A stretch of DNA of 63,723 nt, filler included, from Octopus bimaculoides (Eukaryota): assembly GCF_001194135.2 (NCBI RefSeq). It is 5 parts of 5 records of this genome, joined end to end, with 100 filler letters (N's around TTAATTAATTAA, not from the genome) between each part and the next. Parts side by side here need not be neighbours in the genome. Positions count along the whole stretch, not along the records: positions 1 to 27,259 come from NC_068983.1; positions 27,360 to 56,154 come from NC_068981.1; 3 more parts are not named here. One strand, given 5' to 3'. The notes beneath the pieces were generated by a model, which worked only from the letters and a program-made list of their open reading frames with translations, made no database searches and was not told the origin of the DNA. This document shows, piece after piece, positions 21,364 through 34,843 of the stretch (position 1 is the first letter of the stretch; the number at the start of each line of letters is the position of its first letter). Made by a program: the position numbers and the translations under genes.

Positions 21364-23710
21364 TTCTGAAAACTATCCAAAAAACCTGAAAGCGTCGCCT
21401 GTGTCGTGTTTACATGGAAAGATGGTCGCTCATCTTCTATTCCTTGAAAACTGAAAGAAACTGAAATACGATGATCACTTAATGCACTTTATATATACAC
21501 TTTATATACTTTATGCTCAATTTTATAGACTTAATACACAATACTCATAAAATATATATTCAATCTTTTTTTCCCATTTTTCCCATAAAAAAAAATATAT
21601 ATCCCGTACATATGATGCAAACTTCAGTTAAAAGTCACGGAATTGCACTTATATGCGTGCGTTAAGTGATGGGTGATATAAAAACTTAGTTCGATTTAAA
21701 AAATATACACTTTTCACTATCCAGTCGCTACAACCACCACCTCCATCTACACCACCNNNNNNNNNNNNNNNNNNNNNNNNNNNNNNNNNNNNNNNNNNNN
21801 NNNNNNNNNNNNNNNNNNNNNNNNNNNNNNNNNCACTACCACCAACACCACCAACACCACCACCACCACCACCAACACCACCACAACCACCACAACCCTC
21901 ATCATCACCATTTCCCTCTCCCTCTTCTCTCTCCCCTTCTCTCTCCTCCTGTCTCTCCCCCTCTCCTCCCTCTCTCACTGTCTTTCTTTAACCTCACCAT
22001 CAGAACATCACTCCTCTACTAAAATAATTTTTTTCTCTCCTCCCCTTCCTTCAACTAACTAAATTTTACGTTCCTCCTACTTCACGCCATAGACGCTTCT
22101 CTCTCCCTCATTTACTTTCTCTTTCTTTTTTCTCCCCCTTTCTGTCTCACTCTTCGCCCTATCCTCTTTTTCTCTCTCCTTTTTCTTTCTCCTCTCTTTT
22201 CTTTCAACTATTCACGTGAGAGCGTTACAATTACATTCCATCTACCTCACGCCAGGGGTGTTTCTCTCTCCCTTTTTTCTCCCTTCTTCTTTTCTTTCTT
22301 CCTCTTTTCCTCCATCAAAAGAAAGTGTTATCTGACGGGCTAAGTAACGCAATGACATCAGAATTATTATAAGATTTATTTGCATAACAATATCTATCAA
22401 TACCGTTCCACAAATGGTCCCCTAAGACTTATGACACCTTTCATTTATAACATTTTCTACATGTTCAACATAATAAAGAAAAGATCTGTATACTGTAGGG
22501 AGCTATACGAAAAGTTTCGACACGAATTAATTGGTGCTTTTACGAAAAATGTGACGCAAACGACTCCAAAGACACGGTCATCAGAAACACACCAGATATA
22601 TTACAAAGCGATGGCTATAAAAAACGACTGATTAAACTTTCAACACAAACATCATTTGGTACTCAACTTCAGCCGTTTTGTTTATAATTCCGTTGCGACC
22701 AATCATTCTTTTATCTTAGATTCTCACAATTCAAATCTGCTGAGAGAGAAAAACTTGTCCGGTTGTTGAGCGGATTATTATTATCATATGACACTTGTAG
22801 CCTCATGGGATGTTCTTGGAAGAAAAAACGAAAAGTCTTTCGATATTACTCTCGTGATAAATGGAAATGGATTGTATTTTTTCTTCCTTATTGTTTCAAT
22901 TGTCTTGTGTTGATCGTTGACAAGGAACAACACCAACAATTACACACACACACACATACACACACTAACACACACACATGCACACACACGCACACGCACA
23001 CACGTTCACAGACTGACACACATACATACACAAACAGAACACAAAACACATACATACCATTTAGATAATTAACATTTTTCGCAAGAAATCGATAGAAACA
23101 AACAGAGGGACATTCATCACACACAAACACACATACACACACAAACAAACGCACACACACACACACATACATACATACATACATACATACATACATACAT
23201 ACATACAAACACATATTAGTTGCATCTCGAAAGCAACCCATTTTAGTAATGTAACCAAAGGCAAAAATAGTTGTAACATTCATTTATATTTTCATGAATA
23301 GACAACATTTTTGTCGCACATCTGCGTCTTAGTATCTGACATAATTCATCCACTGCAACTGTTTAGCATTTATAATAGTAATTTAGTAATTAGTAGTGCT
23401 ACACTAATTACCAATTAACGTTAGCTTAAAGGAACGGACGCAATTGATTAGAAAGGATAATATTGTCATAGGTGCACCGTAAATTAAGAAGATGAGTAAT
23501 CGGTCCCGATTGGCATGCTTTTCATCATTGGTGTGCTCACTCAGAGGTGATCTGCGACTACAAAATCACAACACGTTATTCTAGGAATGGAGAATATAAC
23601 ACTTCGGGCCAAAGTCCCTCTTCAAAGTAAATAAACGCACGCACAAAATTTACATGCATGAACTCATGTATACATGCATAGACAGATACACAGACAGACA
23701 GACAAATAAG

Positions 23711-23814
<104 letters not shown>

Positions 23815-23942
23815 NNNNNNNNNNNNNNNNNNNNNNNNNNNNNNNNNNNNNNNNNNNNNNNNNNNNNNNNNNNNNNNNNNNNNNNNNNNNNNNNNNNNNN
23901 NNNNNNNNNNNNNNNNNNNNNNNNNNNNNNNNNNNNNNNNNN

Positions 23943-24006
<64 letters not shown>

Positions 24007-24209
24007 TATAGAAACGGGTAAAAACATATGGTTGATTCACTTGTAAACTGAAGACAAGTATCCTGTCACATATTGCTAAACAGCCTGTACGAATGGTTTG
24101 TTTACAGTGACCGAATGGTTTGTTAATAGTGGTGGAATGATTTGTTTATGTTAATCAATTATTTGTTGTACACTAACTCACTCTCTACATCACATCGATA
24201 TTGCCTCAA

Positions 24210-24345
24210 TATATAGGTGCACGGTGTGTGGCAAACCGCGTGCCGCATGTAAGATGGCAAAGAAATCGCAAAGAAAGACTGAAGTATTTTACCAAAGCGC
24301 ACAATACACCGCCCGCTCCGGAAATCGAAATTGCGATTTTGAGAC
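24210..24345 (+). promoter_or_regulatory. Candidate promoter of the TPR gene
   Basis: Local CpG enrichment with a GC box (ccgccc) and an ETS-like CCGGAAAT ~0.7 kb upstream of the ATG; strong acceptor ending at 24519 may mark a 5'UTR exon. Confidence 0.35.
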
Positions 24346-25052
24346 TGTCAGTAGAACACCCTAAACTAGTAGTAGTAGATTAATACTGATAGTGATGATG
24401 GAGTTTTAATGGAGAAGGGCTTGTAAGGATAGTAGTGGTGGTGATGCTGATGTTGTTTTACATAAACTGTTTGTCGTTCTCTTATGATTTACTTTATATA
24501 TTTTTATTTTCTCTTTCAGCAAATTCAAGATTCAATGAAATATGAAAATTTGAGTCCGTCGAAGAAAGACAAGAAAACTAGACATTTCAGCCCTTCAACA
24601 AGGATCATATTTAAATTATTAACATTCTAAAACACTCCACATGTAACATATTGTTACATACATCTTATTTACACATGTACACGCATACAAATAGTTTTCC
24701 TTGTATACATAGATGTATAATTGATGATATTTACGCATACAAAATGCAAATGTAGATATATATATATACATACATCTCCATATAAATACATACAATCCAA
24801 ATAAGTTTTTGATCAGGACAGAATAAACATAGTATGTAAAAACACAAATTCCAAATATAAATTGATACTGACGAACATCTATATACACGCATTTGTTTAC
24901 ATATATAACTTCATATATATATATACACACACTGCATTAACAGTATTCAAAGATACAAACATCCACACACATATCCAAATTCACAGCCACTCATATACAC
25001 ACACTTCATAGATAGATGAGTATATAAGTATAATCTTAAAATATTTGTGAAA

Positions 25053-25809
25053 ATGTCTCGTTTAGAGGAAGGAATTAAGCATTTTAATGCTGAGGAATAC
25101 AAAGAGGCATTAACATGCTTTAATGACTCGCTGAAGACTCAGTGTAGCACGGTAGAACAGAATGACATTCTTCAAAGGCGAGCACGTTGCCATTTATATC
25201 TTGGTAATGTCAGTCACGCAATTGAAGATGCAAAACAGCTTATCAAAAACCAGCCAAATTCTACTGCTGGCCACATCTTACACGGCAAGGCACTAACAAA
25301 AGCAAAAAAGTTCGAAGATGCGCTTTCGGCCTACCGTAAAGGTTTAGACGTCGATCCCAGCGATAAAGTGATCGCACAGTGTCTAAAAGATATGCAGAAT
25401 GCTATTGTAAATTGTTACGAACAGAAAGCTAAAGGTACAGACATGAGTTACAACGCTGTTAATTTGTGTACACAAGAATCTTATCCCGGCGATGAAGAAC
25501 TGGCAGAAAACGAAAGACAGATTATTGAGATGAAAGGTTACAATAAACTACCAAGTATATATAGTGGTATGCCTGATCCGGAACAGGCCCATAAATATCT
25601 GCTGTTGGCCAGGAAAGAAATTAAAGCTGGGAACTTACAAAGTGCTCTAAAGTCGTATGATGTCTCACTGAGTAGAGATCCTTTAAACTTTGATAGTTGG
25701 ACAGAAAAGGCAATCGTATTGCATCAGCTGGAAAGGAATGGAGAAGCGTATCAGTGTGTGGCTGCAATCCCATCAGAGTGCAGGAGTTCGGACAACTGGA
25801 AACTTGGAG
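25053..25809 (+). CDS. First coding exon of a tetratricopeptide-repeat (TPR) protein (3 TPRs, linker, 2+ TPRs)
   Basis: 252 uninterrupted codons from ATG at 25053; TPR helices EEGIKHFNAEEYKEALTCF, RARCHLYLGNVSHAIEDAKQLI, HGKALTKAKKFEDALSAYRKGLDVDP, ALKSYDVSLSRDP; donor GAG|GTAGGT (phase 1). Confidence 0.88.
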
Positions 25810-26030
25810 GTAGGTGTTGCGTTTAACTGCACTTGCTCTACGTCAGTACACACATTCGCTAGCACACTCGCAAACACATGCACACACACACACACATATA
25901 TATATCTACTCGTACATATATAACGTATGCTACAACAATATACCTGCATGTATATGTTACATATTCAACTAACCCTGGCAAAATGGGAAACCGGACGTAA
26001 AACGTACGGTGAAGGTAATATATATGTGTG

Positions 26031-26068
<38 letters not shown>

Positions 26069-26448
26069 AACACATACACACATATATATACTTATATATA
26101 TGAATGTATATATATANNNNNNNNNNNNNNNNNNNNNNNNNNNNNNNNNNNNNNNNNNNNNNNNNNNNNNNNNNNNNNNNNNNNNNNNNNNNNNNNNNNN
26201 NNNNNNNNNNNNNNNNNNNNNNNNNNNNNNNNNNNNNNNNNNNNNNNNNNNNNNNNNNNNNNNNNNNNNNNNNNNNNNNNNNNNNNNNNNNNNNNNNNNN
26301 NNNNNNNNNNNNNNNNNNNNNNNNNNNNNNNNNNNNNNNNNNNNNNNNNNNNNNNNNNNNNNNNNNNNNNNNNNNNNNNNNNNNNNNNNNNNNNNNNNNN
26401 NNNNNNNNNNNNNNNNNNNNNNATATATATATATATATACATATGTGG

Positions 26449-26485
<37 letters not shown>

Positions 26486-26487
26486 GA

Positions 26488-26650
26488 TCTAACTTTGATA
26501 ACTTTGATATGTTTCGGCCAGTATAGTCCCAAGTCGACTTAATAGCATCGGTGCCATTGGTGACACCGGACACCTTAAAATTGGGTGGTCTGGTGGAGGG
26601 TTTTGATCCGTCGGTGACGGATGGATGCGCCCAACAGGTTGGGTGTCCTC
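26488..26650 (-). mobile_element. Short retroelement sharing the 3' tail of the 10.6-13.3 kb LINE
   Basis: tgctattaagt...ctatactggccgaaac(a/c)tatcaaagttatcaaagtta shared with 10625-10692. Confidence 0.65.
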
Positions 26651-26686
26651 GTGCATATATATATATATATATATAGTGGTCATCGT

Positions 26687-26727
<41 letters not shown>

Positions 26728-27206
26728 GTATGCACACACATATTTATATGTATGTATTATGTATTTATGTGTTTATGTATGTATGTATGTATGTATAATC
26801 CTTCAGTGAGAATGGTTATGTCGTTTGTGAAACCCTCGTCTTTGATTCTAGACAATGTAGAATTAGTGCGCTTTACTAACATAGAGAGCACTCTCGGTAC
26901 TTTGAAACATGAACGTTGTCAGCACTCAGCGACTTTGCACCAAGCGTAAACACTCGTACACTTATGCTTCCATCTTAACAACGGAGCGATTGCCAATGAC
27001 TCTTGATTTATTGTGCACACGTTCCTTAAGTTACACATATTATTTGATAGTTTAAGTATATATGTATACATACACAGATGCATACGTACATACCTACATA
27101 CATACATACATATAAATATGTATATATATAAATAAATAATATATATGTATGCCTGTATCTATATGTATATATGGATATCCATATATATATATATATACGC
27201 TTATAC

Positions 27207-27259
<53 letters not shown>

Positions 27260-27359
27260 NNNNNNNNNNNNNNNNNNNNNNNNNNNNNNNNNNNNNNNNN
27301 NNNTTAATTAATTAANNNNNNNNNNNNNNNNNNNNNNNNNNNNNNNNNNNNNNNNNNNN

Positions 27360-27691
27360 CCCTGCTTCTCACATGGACAACTGTATGTTGGCTGCTCAAG
27401 AGTGGGCAGCAAAAAAAAAAACTATTTGTATATGCTCCACAAGGGAAAACAAGGAACATTGTTTACAACGAGGTGTTATAATCACAACAGCAAGAAAGTA
27501 TGTACATGATCACCTTCTTTTACGAAACTTCATTGACTTTCATATATTTATATTGATATACATATATATACATGTGTTTGGGTGTGTGTGTGTATATACA
27601 TCTCTATATATAAAGATGATGCGTAGTCTAGACGGCGTTTTTAGATTTCATTATTCTCATTAACCCGGGCAACGCCGGGTATTTCTGCTAG
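27360..27691 (+). mobile_element. Helitron 3' end (RepHel PIF1-like helicase C-terminus, hairpin, CTAG)
   Basis: CFSHGQLYVGCSRVG (27363 on), then after a poly-A frameshift LFVYAPQGKTRNIVYNEVL*; hairpin acccgg-gcaacg-ccgggt at 27663-27680 and CTAG|T at 27688-27692. Confidence 0.88.
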
Positions 27692-28279
27692 TGATTAATA
27701 AGTTAGGCAATACTTTTCTACATTTCTTTCTCACAACATACTAGAATGATCTGCTGGTAACAACACATTTTCCCAAACTCTTTAATTATTTTCTTTCTTA
27801 TATTTGATAAGAGAAATTTTCCCCAACATATATAATCATTAAACAACCTACATAAAGTAATACGATTTTTTTCTTTGTCCTCATTTATTGACATCACTCC
27901 TCATCTGCATTGTTCAAAGATTCTTAAAAAACTTACATAGTTTCTTTCAAGGTTTTTAATCTTAAAAATAGCTTGTTTTTTTAAACACTCAATGGAAAGA
28001 ATGCTATTAATCTTTCGGTTGATCTCCAGTGTACTCCAAAGTAAAATAGATTAAGAACTGCTATCTTAGGAGGATGAAATTTAATACTGATATCTTATAT
28101 CAACACAAATTTACAATTTTGTTGGGGAGATATGTAGAAGATAAAATTATATCTCTCTCTTCCAAATACTTATTTTATTGATCCAAAGTGATTTTTAAAT
28201 CACATAGCTTCATTACACATATAGCATATGAACTGAAAGAGAAGCCAATAGGATAGCCAAGCAAGTTCTAATGTGACCT

Positions 28280-28620
28280 TCAATGGAATACTGCTTCCAG
28301 GTCTGAATGGTATGGCTAATGTACATATTGAGATCTTATCTGGCTTATCGTATGGAATCACTCATCAGCACATTTCAACCTCTGGCACATAAACATGCTG
28401 TCTCTTCACCTTTTCTATTACTACTACAGTGGTCTCTGCAGCTCAAAGTGGGCTTTCTCATGTCACTTCAACATAATTCATTTGACTTTTCTCTTGCTAC
28501 CCATATTGTGTCCACCCATTTAAGTCATATACAAGACACTATGCTTAACCTATTCTTTCTCAAAATATTAACACTTGGGAATTCCCTACTTCAGGGATTC
28601 CCAACTAACAGGCCATAAAT
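28280..28620 (+). mobile_element. Old CR1/L2-group LINE 3' fragment
   Basis: MEYCFQV... and STFQPLAHKHAVSS... LGNSL resemble MEYCSHVW / LQPLAHRRxVSSL / LWNSL; a similar weak fragment lies at ~31960-32150. Confidence 0.55.
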
Positions 28621-30491
28621 CATGTGACACAAGACTGGACAGAAAGAATAAATTTTGTTTCTATTTAATTGACCATTACAGTCTGCAGAGTGTTTTTGCA
28701 TTACATATGTATTACATGTGTAATAATTAAATTATGTGAAGGTACACAGCTTAGTGGTTAGGGTAGTTGACTCATGATTGCAAGGTTGTGAGTTCAACCT
28801 GGTGGTGTGTTGCGTCCTTGAGCAAAACACTTTATTTCACATTGCTCCAGTCCACTCAGCTAGCAAAGGTGGGCTGTACCTCTAATTCAAAGGGTCGGCT
28901 TTGTCACATTCTGTGTCATGTTGAATCTCCCTAGGAACTACATTAAGGGTCTGTGTGTCTGTGGAGTGCTCAGCCATTTGCCCGTTAATTTCACGAGCAG
29001 GCTGTTCTGTTGATTGGATCAACTGGAACCCTCATTGTTGTAACCGACAGAGTGCCAGTTATGTCATAATTAAACTACATATATTATGCACTTTATTGTG
29101 CTTTGTTTTGCATGTGATCCCCTGGTCTGTGGTGCCAAACAGGTCTGAGATTGCTGCACTACTTAACCATGTTTTTCATACGGTTTTCACCTTACAATTA
29201 TTATAGAAACAACTTGCAATTATTATATAAAACTAGCTATTATTATATAAAAATCACCACCCACATCACCCTCTTCAGTTTCCCAATTTAACACCACCTT
29301 CTCTTCCTCGAGTACCTTTCACTGGGTCTCCAGTTTGAGAGTTATTTCCTCCCTTCCTTCCATTAATCTAGAACAGTGATGACAAATCTATATTATACGT
29401 ATCAACAGTGACATGTCACAGGTTTTATAGGTGACATGTGATGGATTTGGTGGGGAAAAAAAATCTCTCTGCAATGTCAGGTTATAAGAAGTCTTGCCTT
29501 TCAACCAGTCAGTCTGGGTTTTACTCCCAGCTGATGCAGGTATTAGCATTTAGTAAGTGCAGGTGTGGGTTTGTGGTATGAGAAGTTTGCTTCCCAAACA
29601 TGTGGTTTTGGGTTCAGTCCCACTGTACAGGACCTTTGGCAAGTACCTTTTACTAAAGACCTTGGCCAACCAAAGCCTTGTAGATAGGTTTGGTAAATGG
29701 AATCTGAAAGAAGCCCATGGTATGTATGCATGTATCATCATCATCATCATCATTGTTTAATGTCTGCTTTCCATGCTAGCATGGGTTGGACGATTTGACA
29801 GAGGATTGGCGAACCAGATGGCTGCACCAGGTTCCAATCTGATCTGGCAGAGTTTCTATGGCTGGATGCCCTTCCTACCGAGAGTGTAGTGGGTGCTTTT
29901 ACGTGCCACCGGCACAAGGGCCAGTCAGGCAGTACTGGCAATGGCCACACTCAAGTGGTGTTTTTTACATGCCACCTGCACAGGAACCAATCCAGCGGCA
30001 CAGGCAACAACCTCACTCGAATATTTTTTCACGTGCCACTGGCAATGCTGGTAATGAACATGTTCGGAAGGTACTTTTTACATGGAAGCCAGTTAGCTGC
30101 TATGGCAATGAGTACACTCGGATGGTGCTCTTAGTGCTCAACTGGTACGGGTGCCAGTCATTGAATTCACGAATTTGATTTGATTTCGATTTCACTTGCC
30201 TCAACAGGTCTTTGCAAGCAGAGTTTAGTTTCCAATGAAGGAAAGGTACGCATAAGTGGACTGGTTACACCCCTGGCATAGGCCACGTGTTATGGTCTCA
30301 CTTGGCTTGCCGGGTCTTCTCACGAACAGCATATTTCCAAAGGTCTTGGTCACTAGTCATTGTCTCCGTGAGGCCTAATGTTCGAAGGTCGTGCTTCACC
30401 ACCTCATCTCAGGTCTTCCTGGGTCTGCCTCTTCCACAGGTTCCCGTGTATTTTGTATGCATGTGTATGTGTGTGTATGTATGTATATATG

Positions 30492-30526
<35 letters not shown>

Positions 30527-32167
30527 GTAGCTATGTATCTATGTGTGTGTGTTTTTCTGTTTGTTTTTGCTCCCCATCACTGCTTGACAACCAGTCTTGG
30601 TTTGTTTACAGCTGCATAACTTAGAAGTTTCATACAAGAGACCAATAGAATAAGTACCAGAATTTAAAAAAAAAGTACAGGTCTCAATTCGTTTGATTAA
30701 ACCCTTCAAGGTAATTGCTTCAGCATAGTCACAGTTTAGTGATTGAAACAAGTAAAAGACCAGGTAAACTACATGTATACATATAAGGAACCCTCCAATT
30801 ACAGGAATATTAAAGAAATTCAAATTCCAACACAATGGGTTAAAAAAGGTTCACCATTTTGGGGTCAGAAGGTATTGAAAATGGGTCATGAGAACTAACT
30901 GTCTCCCTTTTTTAAGATATATATAAAATGATCATTCCTATTCCTGCAGGCTCATGGGTGTCGGTGCCACATTAAAAGCACCTGTGCTGGTGCCATGGAG
31001 AAGCACCAGTGCCAGTGCTGCATAAAAGCACCTAGTACACTCTGTAAAGTGATTGTGTTAGGAAGGGCATCCAGATGTTCAGACCATGCCAAAACAGACA
31101 TGGAACCTGGATGGCTCTTCAGCTGACTCGCTTCTGTCAAACCTTCTAACCCATGCCAACGTGGAAAAATGGATGTCACATGATGATGAAGATGATGAAA
31201 ATAAAATGTTGGGGTGTAGAAGTTATAGAAGTATCAAGCCTGACATTCTATTATCTTGACTATCTCTGTCATGGAGACTATTTCAATGATAAAGACCGCT
31301 ATGCTATTAAGTTGTGTAGAAATAGCTTTATACAAGATTTGTCAAATGTTTTGTTCCAAAGAATTGTTTTACTTTGCTAAAAGTCAATGTCTTTGAACAA
31401 AAATGATGCTAAAAGTTAAATTTATACAGTTAAAAGTTCAAAGTTTTGAAAAATGTAATAACAATGTTTTATGCTCTCATCTGTCAACATTTCTTGTTCT
31501 GTCCGAAGTTCAAATAGCTAGCTCCAATTTTCTAAGTCAACATATTTCAAAATGAAGCAATCAATGAAATAGTTAAAGTTGAGTCAATGGGAAAGCTTCT
31601 ATGTGGTTGCTCAATCTTATAGAAATAGCAACCAGATCCTCCTCAAATCACAGCTTACTGTCTTTTTTAATAAGAAAAAAAAAAAGCACATTGGATAATG
31701 TAGTCAGGTTAATTCAATTGATTACATTCCTACTTTGCAAACTTTTGGCTTGGTAACCAGTGCTTTTGTGATTATACTCTTAATGCAATACACTGCTCAT
31801 GTATTTTGATTCATTTGAAAATAATGAAGTAATGAATTTGTAAAATGAATTACTCCCTCATTATCAATCTCTAGATTGAAAGTTATACAGCAGAAAGGTC
31901 TTCAGGGAAGAAGTGTATTCCATTCATACAAGTGTTTTGGTTCTTAAATTCTTACACTGTAAGATGGCCAGGCTACATCCAGGTCATAACCACCAGATAT
32001 GTCATTACTGCTACCAGATTTGGAGCTTGTAAAAATTCCTTGTCTGAAACAACAGTGTGGATATCCTTGGCATTGTGGTTTAACTCCAGACTTAATTTTT
32101 TGGCATCCTATCTGCTAGTGCAGTGCACTGCTGCTTGTTCATAAAATTCTTCATGCATCTCCTTTTA

Positions 32168-32610
32168 CAATTTAGCATCTAAACCATCCATATCCAGTCC
32201 AAATATTCTCCTTGCTTCAAGTTCAAACTGGCTAGGTCCAACCTCTCACACCTACCCTACAATGTCATTCTACTAATAAACATTCATATCATAGAAATCT
32301 TGAAGCTACTAGATAATGCATAATTAATTCAAAACAATGGGTTTAAGTAAGCATTACATTTGACAGAGTAATCTGTGTGGATCATCATGTTATGCTTCGT
32401 TAGGACAAAAGATCTTAGTTTAACCTTTTAACATTTAGATTACTCTGTCAAATGTAATGCTTATTCATTCACATTATATTGAATTACTCATGCATTATCC
32501 CATGTGACTGTTAATTTTTAGAATGATATTGTAGGGTAGATGTAACAATATCTGGCTGGTTTGAATGAAAAACGAATAGAATATCTGTGTCAGATGTGGT
32601 CAGTTTAAAT
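32168..32610. mobile_element. Two inverted copies of a ~210-bp MITE (piggyBac-like TTAA|CCTTT end) forming a long hairpin
   Basis: Perfect 27-bp inverted repeat 32348-32374/32437-32463 plus further matching blocks such as ctaccctacaatgtcattcta/tagaatgatattgtagggtag. Confidence 0.75.
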
Positions 32611-33349
32611 ATACTAGTATCATACCAAAGCAGAAAACATAGCTTCAGGTAGATTAGTATCTACCAAAAGGGTGAGGTAGAAAGATGAAATGGAAATAAA
32701 ATGGGACGAAGATGACAGGGTTAATTGATCAGTGTTTCTTGGTGACCAGGACATTGTCCTTTCCCATCCCACCTTATGAACTGTAGACTTTTTGAAAGGT
32801 CAGAAAATAAGGAAATATTCTATGCTGTGCACAAATGACAAATAGAAACAGTGTATTAAAAAATACAGTGTTACTTTTGAATGTCTTTTCGTTCATGTAT
32901 AAATAAACACATCTCTCACTCTCTCTCTCTCTCACACACACACACAATATATATATATATATATATGTATATATAAACACATGCACATACATATATATGC
33001 ATACACAAACAAACATATATATATACATATATATACAATACACACATATATGTACACATATGTATTGATAGATAGGAAGTAGTTGATAGATATGTATGCG
33101 TCTGTGTGAATAAGCTAAGTGTGTGAATAGTTTATTCATTGGTTCAAACATCATATGATCATTAATGTGGAACAGGAAACTTAGGTTAACAAAGGAGGAA
33201 CTTGTTAGTGTCAAACAAATTAACTTTGTTATGTGTATTAAGTCCTGTTAATTTTTCATCTGTACGTAGAAATACATACATACATAGATACATACATACA
33301 TGCATACATACATACCTTTATAACCAAAGAATACTGATGGAACACCCCA

Positions 33350-33505
33350 ATAAAAAATTTGTGTAAACATAACAGATTTGATATTGTTCTGTGGGATAGG
33401 GAACAAAAGTCATGCACTGTTGTAGAAGTCAGCTGTCCAGCAGATGTGAATGTACAATAAGGTTCAAGAAAAAAAAATTTATGGTGAATTAATGCAGAAC
33501 TTGTG
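33350..33505 (+). mobile_element. R4/Dong-like REL endonuclease fragment
   Basis: HNRFDIVLWDREQKSCTVVEVSCPADVN; same family as 18190-18600. Confidence 0.75.
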
Positions 33506-33967
33506 GAGGTACATGGCCTAGAAGTTAGAGCAGTGGACTTGTGGTCAAGGGATCATGGGTTCAAATCTGTGTGTGTTTATGAGTGAAACACCTAAAGCTC
33601 CATGTGGCTCCAGCAGAAAGTAACAGCGAACTTCTGCTGACTCTTTTGCCACAACTTTCTCTCACTCTTTCCTCTTTCATCTAGCAGCTCACCTGCAATG
33701 GACTGGCATCTAATCCAGGTGAGGAACCTATATGCCAATGAAACCAGGAAACTGGCCCTTATGAGTCAGGCATGGCTCAAGAAGGAACAAACAAACAAAC
33801 AAGACCTACAGCTCTTGTACTCTGACTACAAATTCTCATTTGTATCTATCAACATAAGAGCATTAGGTTATATACCAACAAATTTACACAAAAACCTAGA
33901 AATACTAGATATTTTTATATCTAGAAAGAGCAAATGAAATTGATGCAGATTCTTCAAATCCAATCTG

Positions 33968-34843
33968 TTGGGTCATCCCATAAATAATGCAGTTTTTTTA
34001 TACTTCTTTCATTTTTCAAAATTAAGATAAACAAAGTTCTCTTTTAATCTAAAATATATTCTCCTTCATTTTTTACAATACCCTTCCATCTATCTGGTAG
34101 ACATGCAGGGCCCCTCTTCCAAAATTCACTTGTCCAGTACTGTTCTAACCTTGTCTACAGAATTCATATTTTTTCCGTCCAAATGATTTTGAAGACTGGA
34201 ATAAATAATAATCAGATGGTGCCATGTCTGGTGGACATGATGGGTGGAGGCATTGTTTCCCATTCAAACTGCTCTAGTCTTTGGAATGTCATCCTCTCTA
34301 TATGTGGCTGAGCATTATCTTGATGGAAGAACACCTTTCGTCTTGAAACCGAAGATGGTCGTTTTTCTTCTAGTGTAGGTGCCGATGAATGGTTGTTCCT
34401 CAACAGTTACAATGGGATTTTGTTCCACAAGGGTTTGCAGGACATCCTTGTCAATCTCTACAGATCTTCCAGGATGAGGCTCATCTTCTAGGCTGTAGTT
34501 TCCAGCTCGGAATTTCTGGAACCATCGATGACACTGGCTCATGCTTACTGTCTGATCCCCATATACTGCATTAATATTCCTTGCATTTTCCATTGCATTG
34601 TTGCCTTAATTGAACTCATAAAGCAAAATATGTCGAATATGCTCTTTTGCCACTTCTATTATAGCTTTGAAAAAATAACTATTAAAATTGAACTGCACTC
34701 TTCAAAACTTGGACTAAGAATAAGGATAAGATAAAATTACTACCTGCTTTTACAGCAAATTGATGCAGGTAGTTTATCCTGTCCTTCTCTGACTTTTATT
34801 TCATGCAATTGAAAAAAACTGCTTTATTTATGGGATGACCCAA
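33968..34843 (-). mobile_element. Internally deleted mariner element with both TIRs
   Basis: 32-bp TIRs ttgggtcatcccataaataa(t/a)gcagttttttt with 1 mismatch, TA on the right; HTH region CHRWFQKFRAGNYSLEDEPHPGR joined to VFFHQDNAQPH. Confidence 0.9.

Noticed and set aside
26805-26945. Second exon of the TPR gene (phase-1 AG at 26814)
   Set aside because: In frame, but the peptide is not TPR-like and the splice sites are weak
27304-27315. TTAATTAATTAA motif between N runs (also near 56199, 60300 and 61977)
   Set aside because: Identical 12-mer isolated by Ns; most likely an artificial assembly linker
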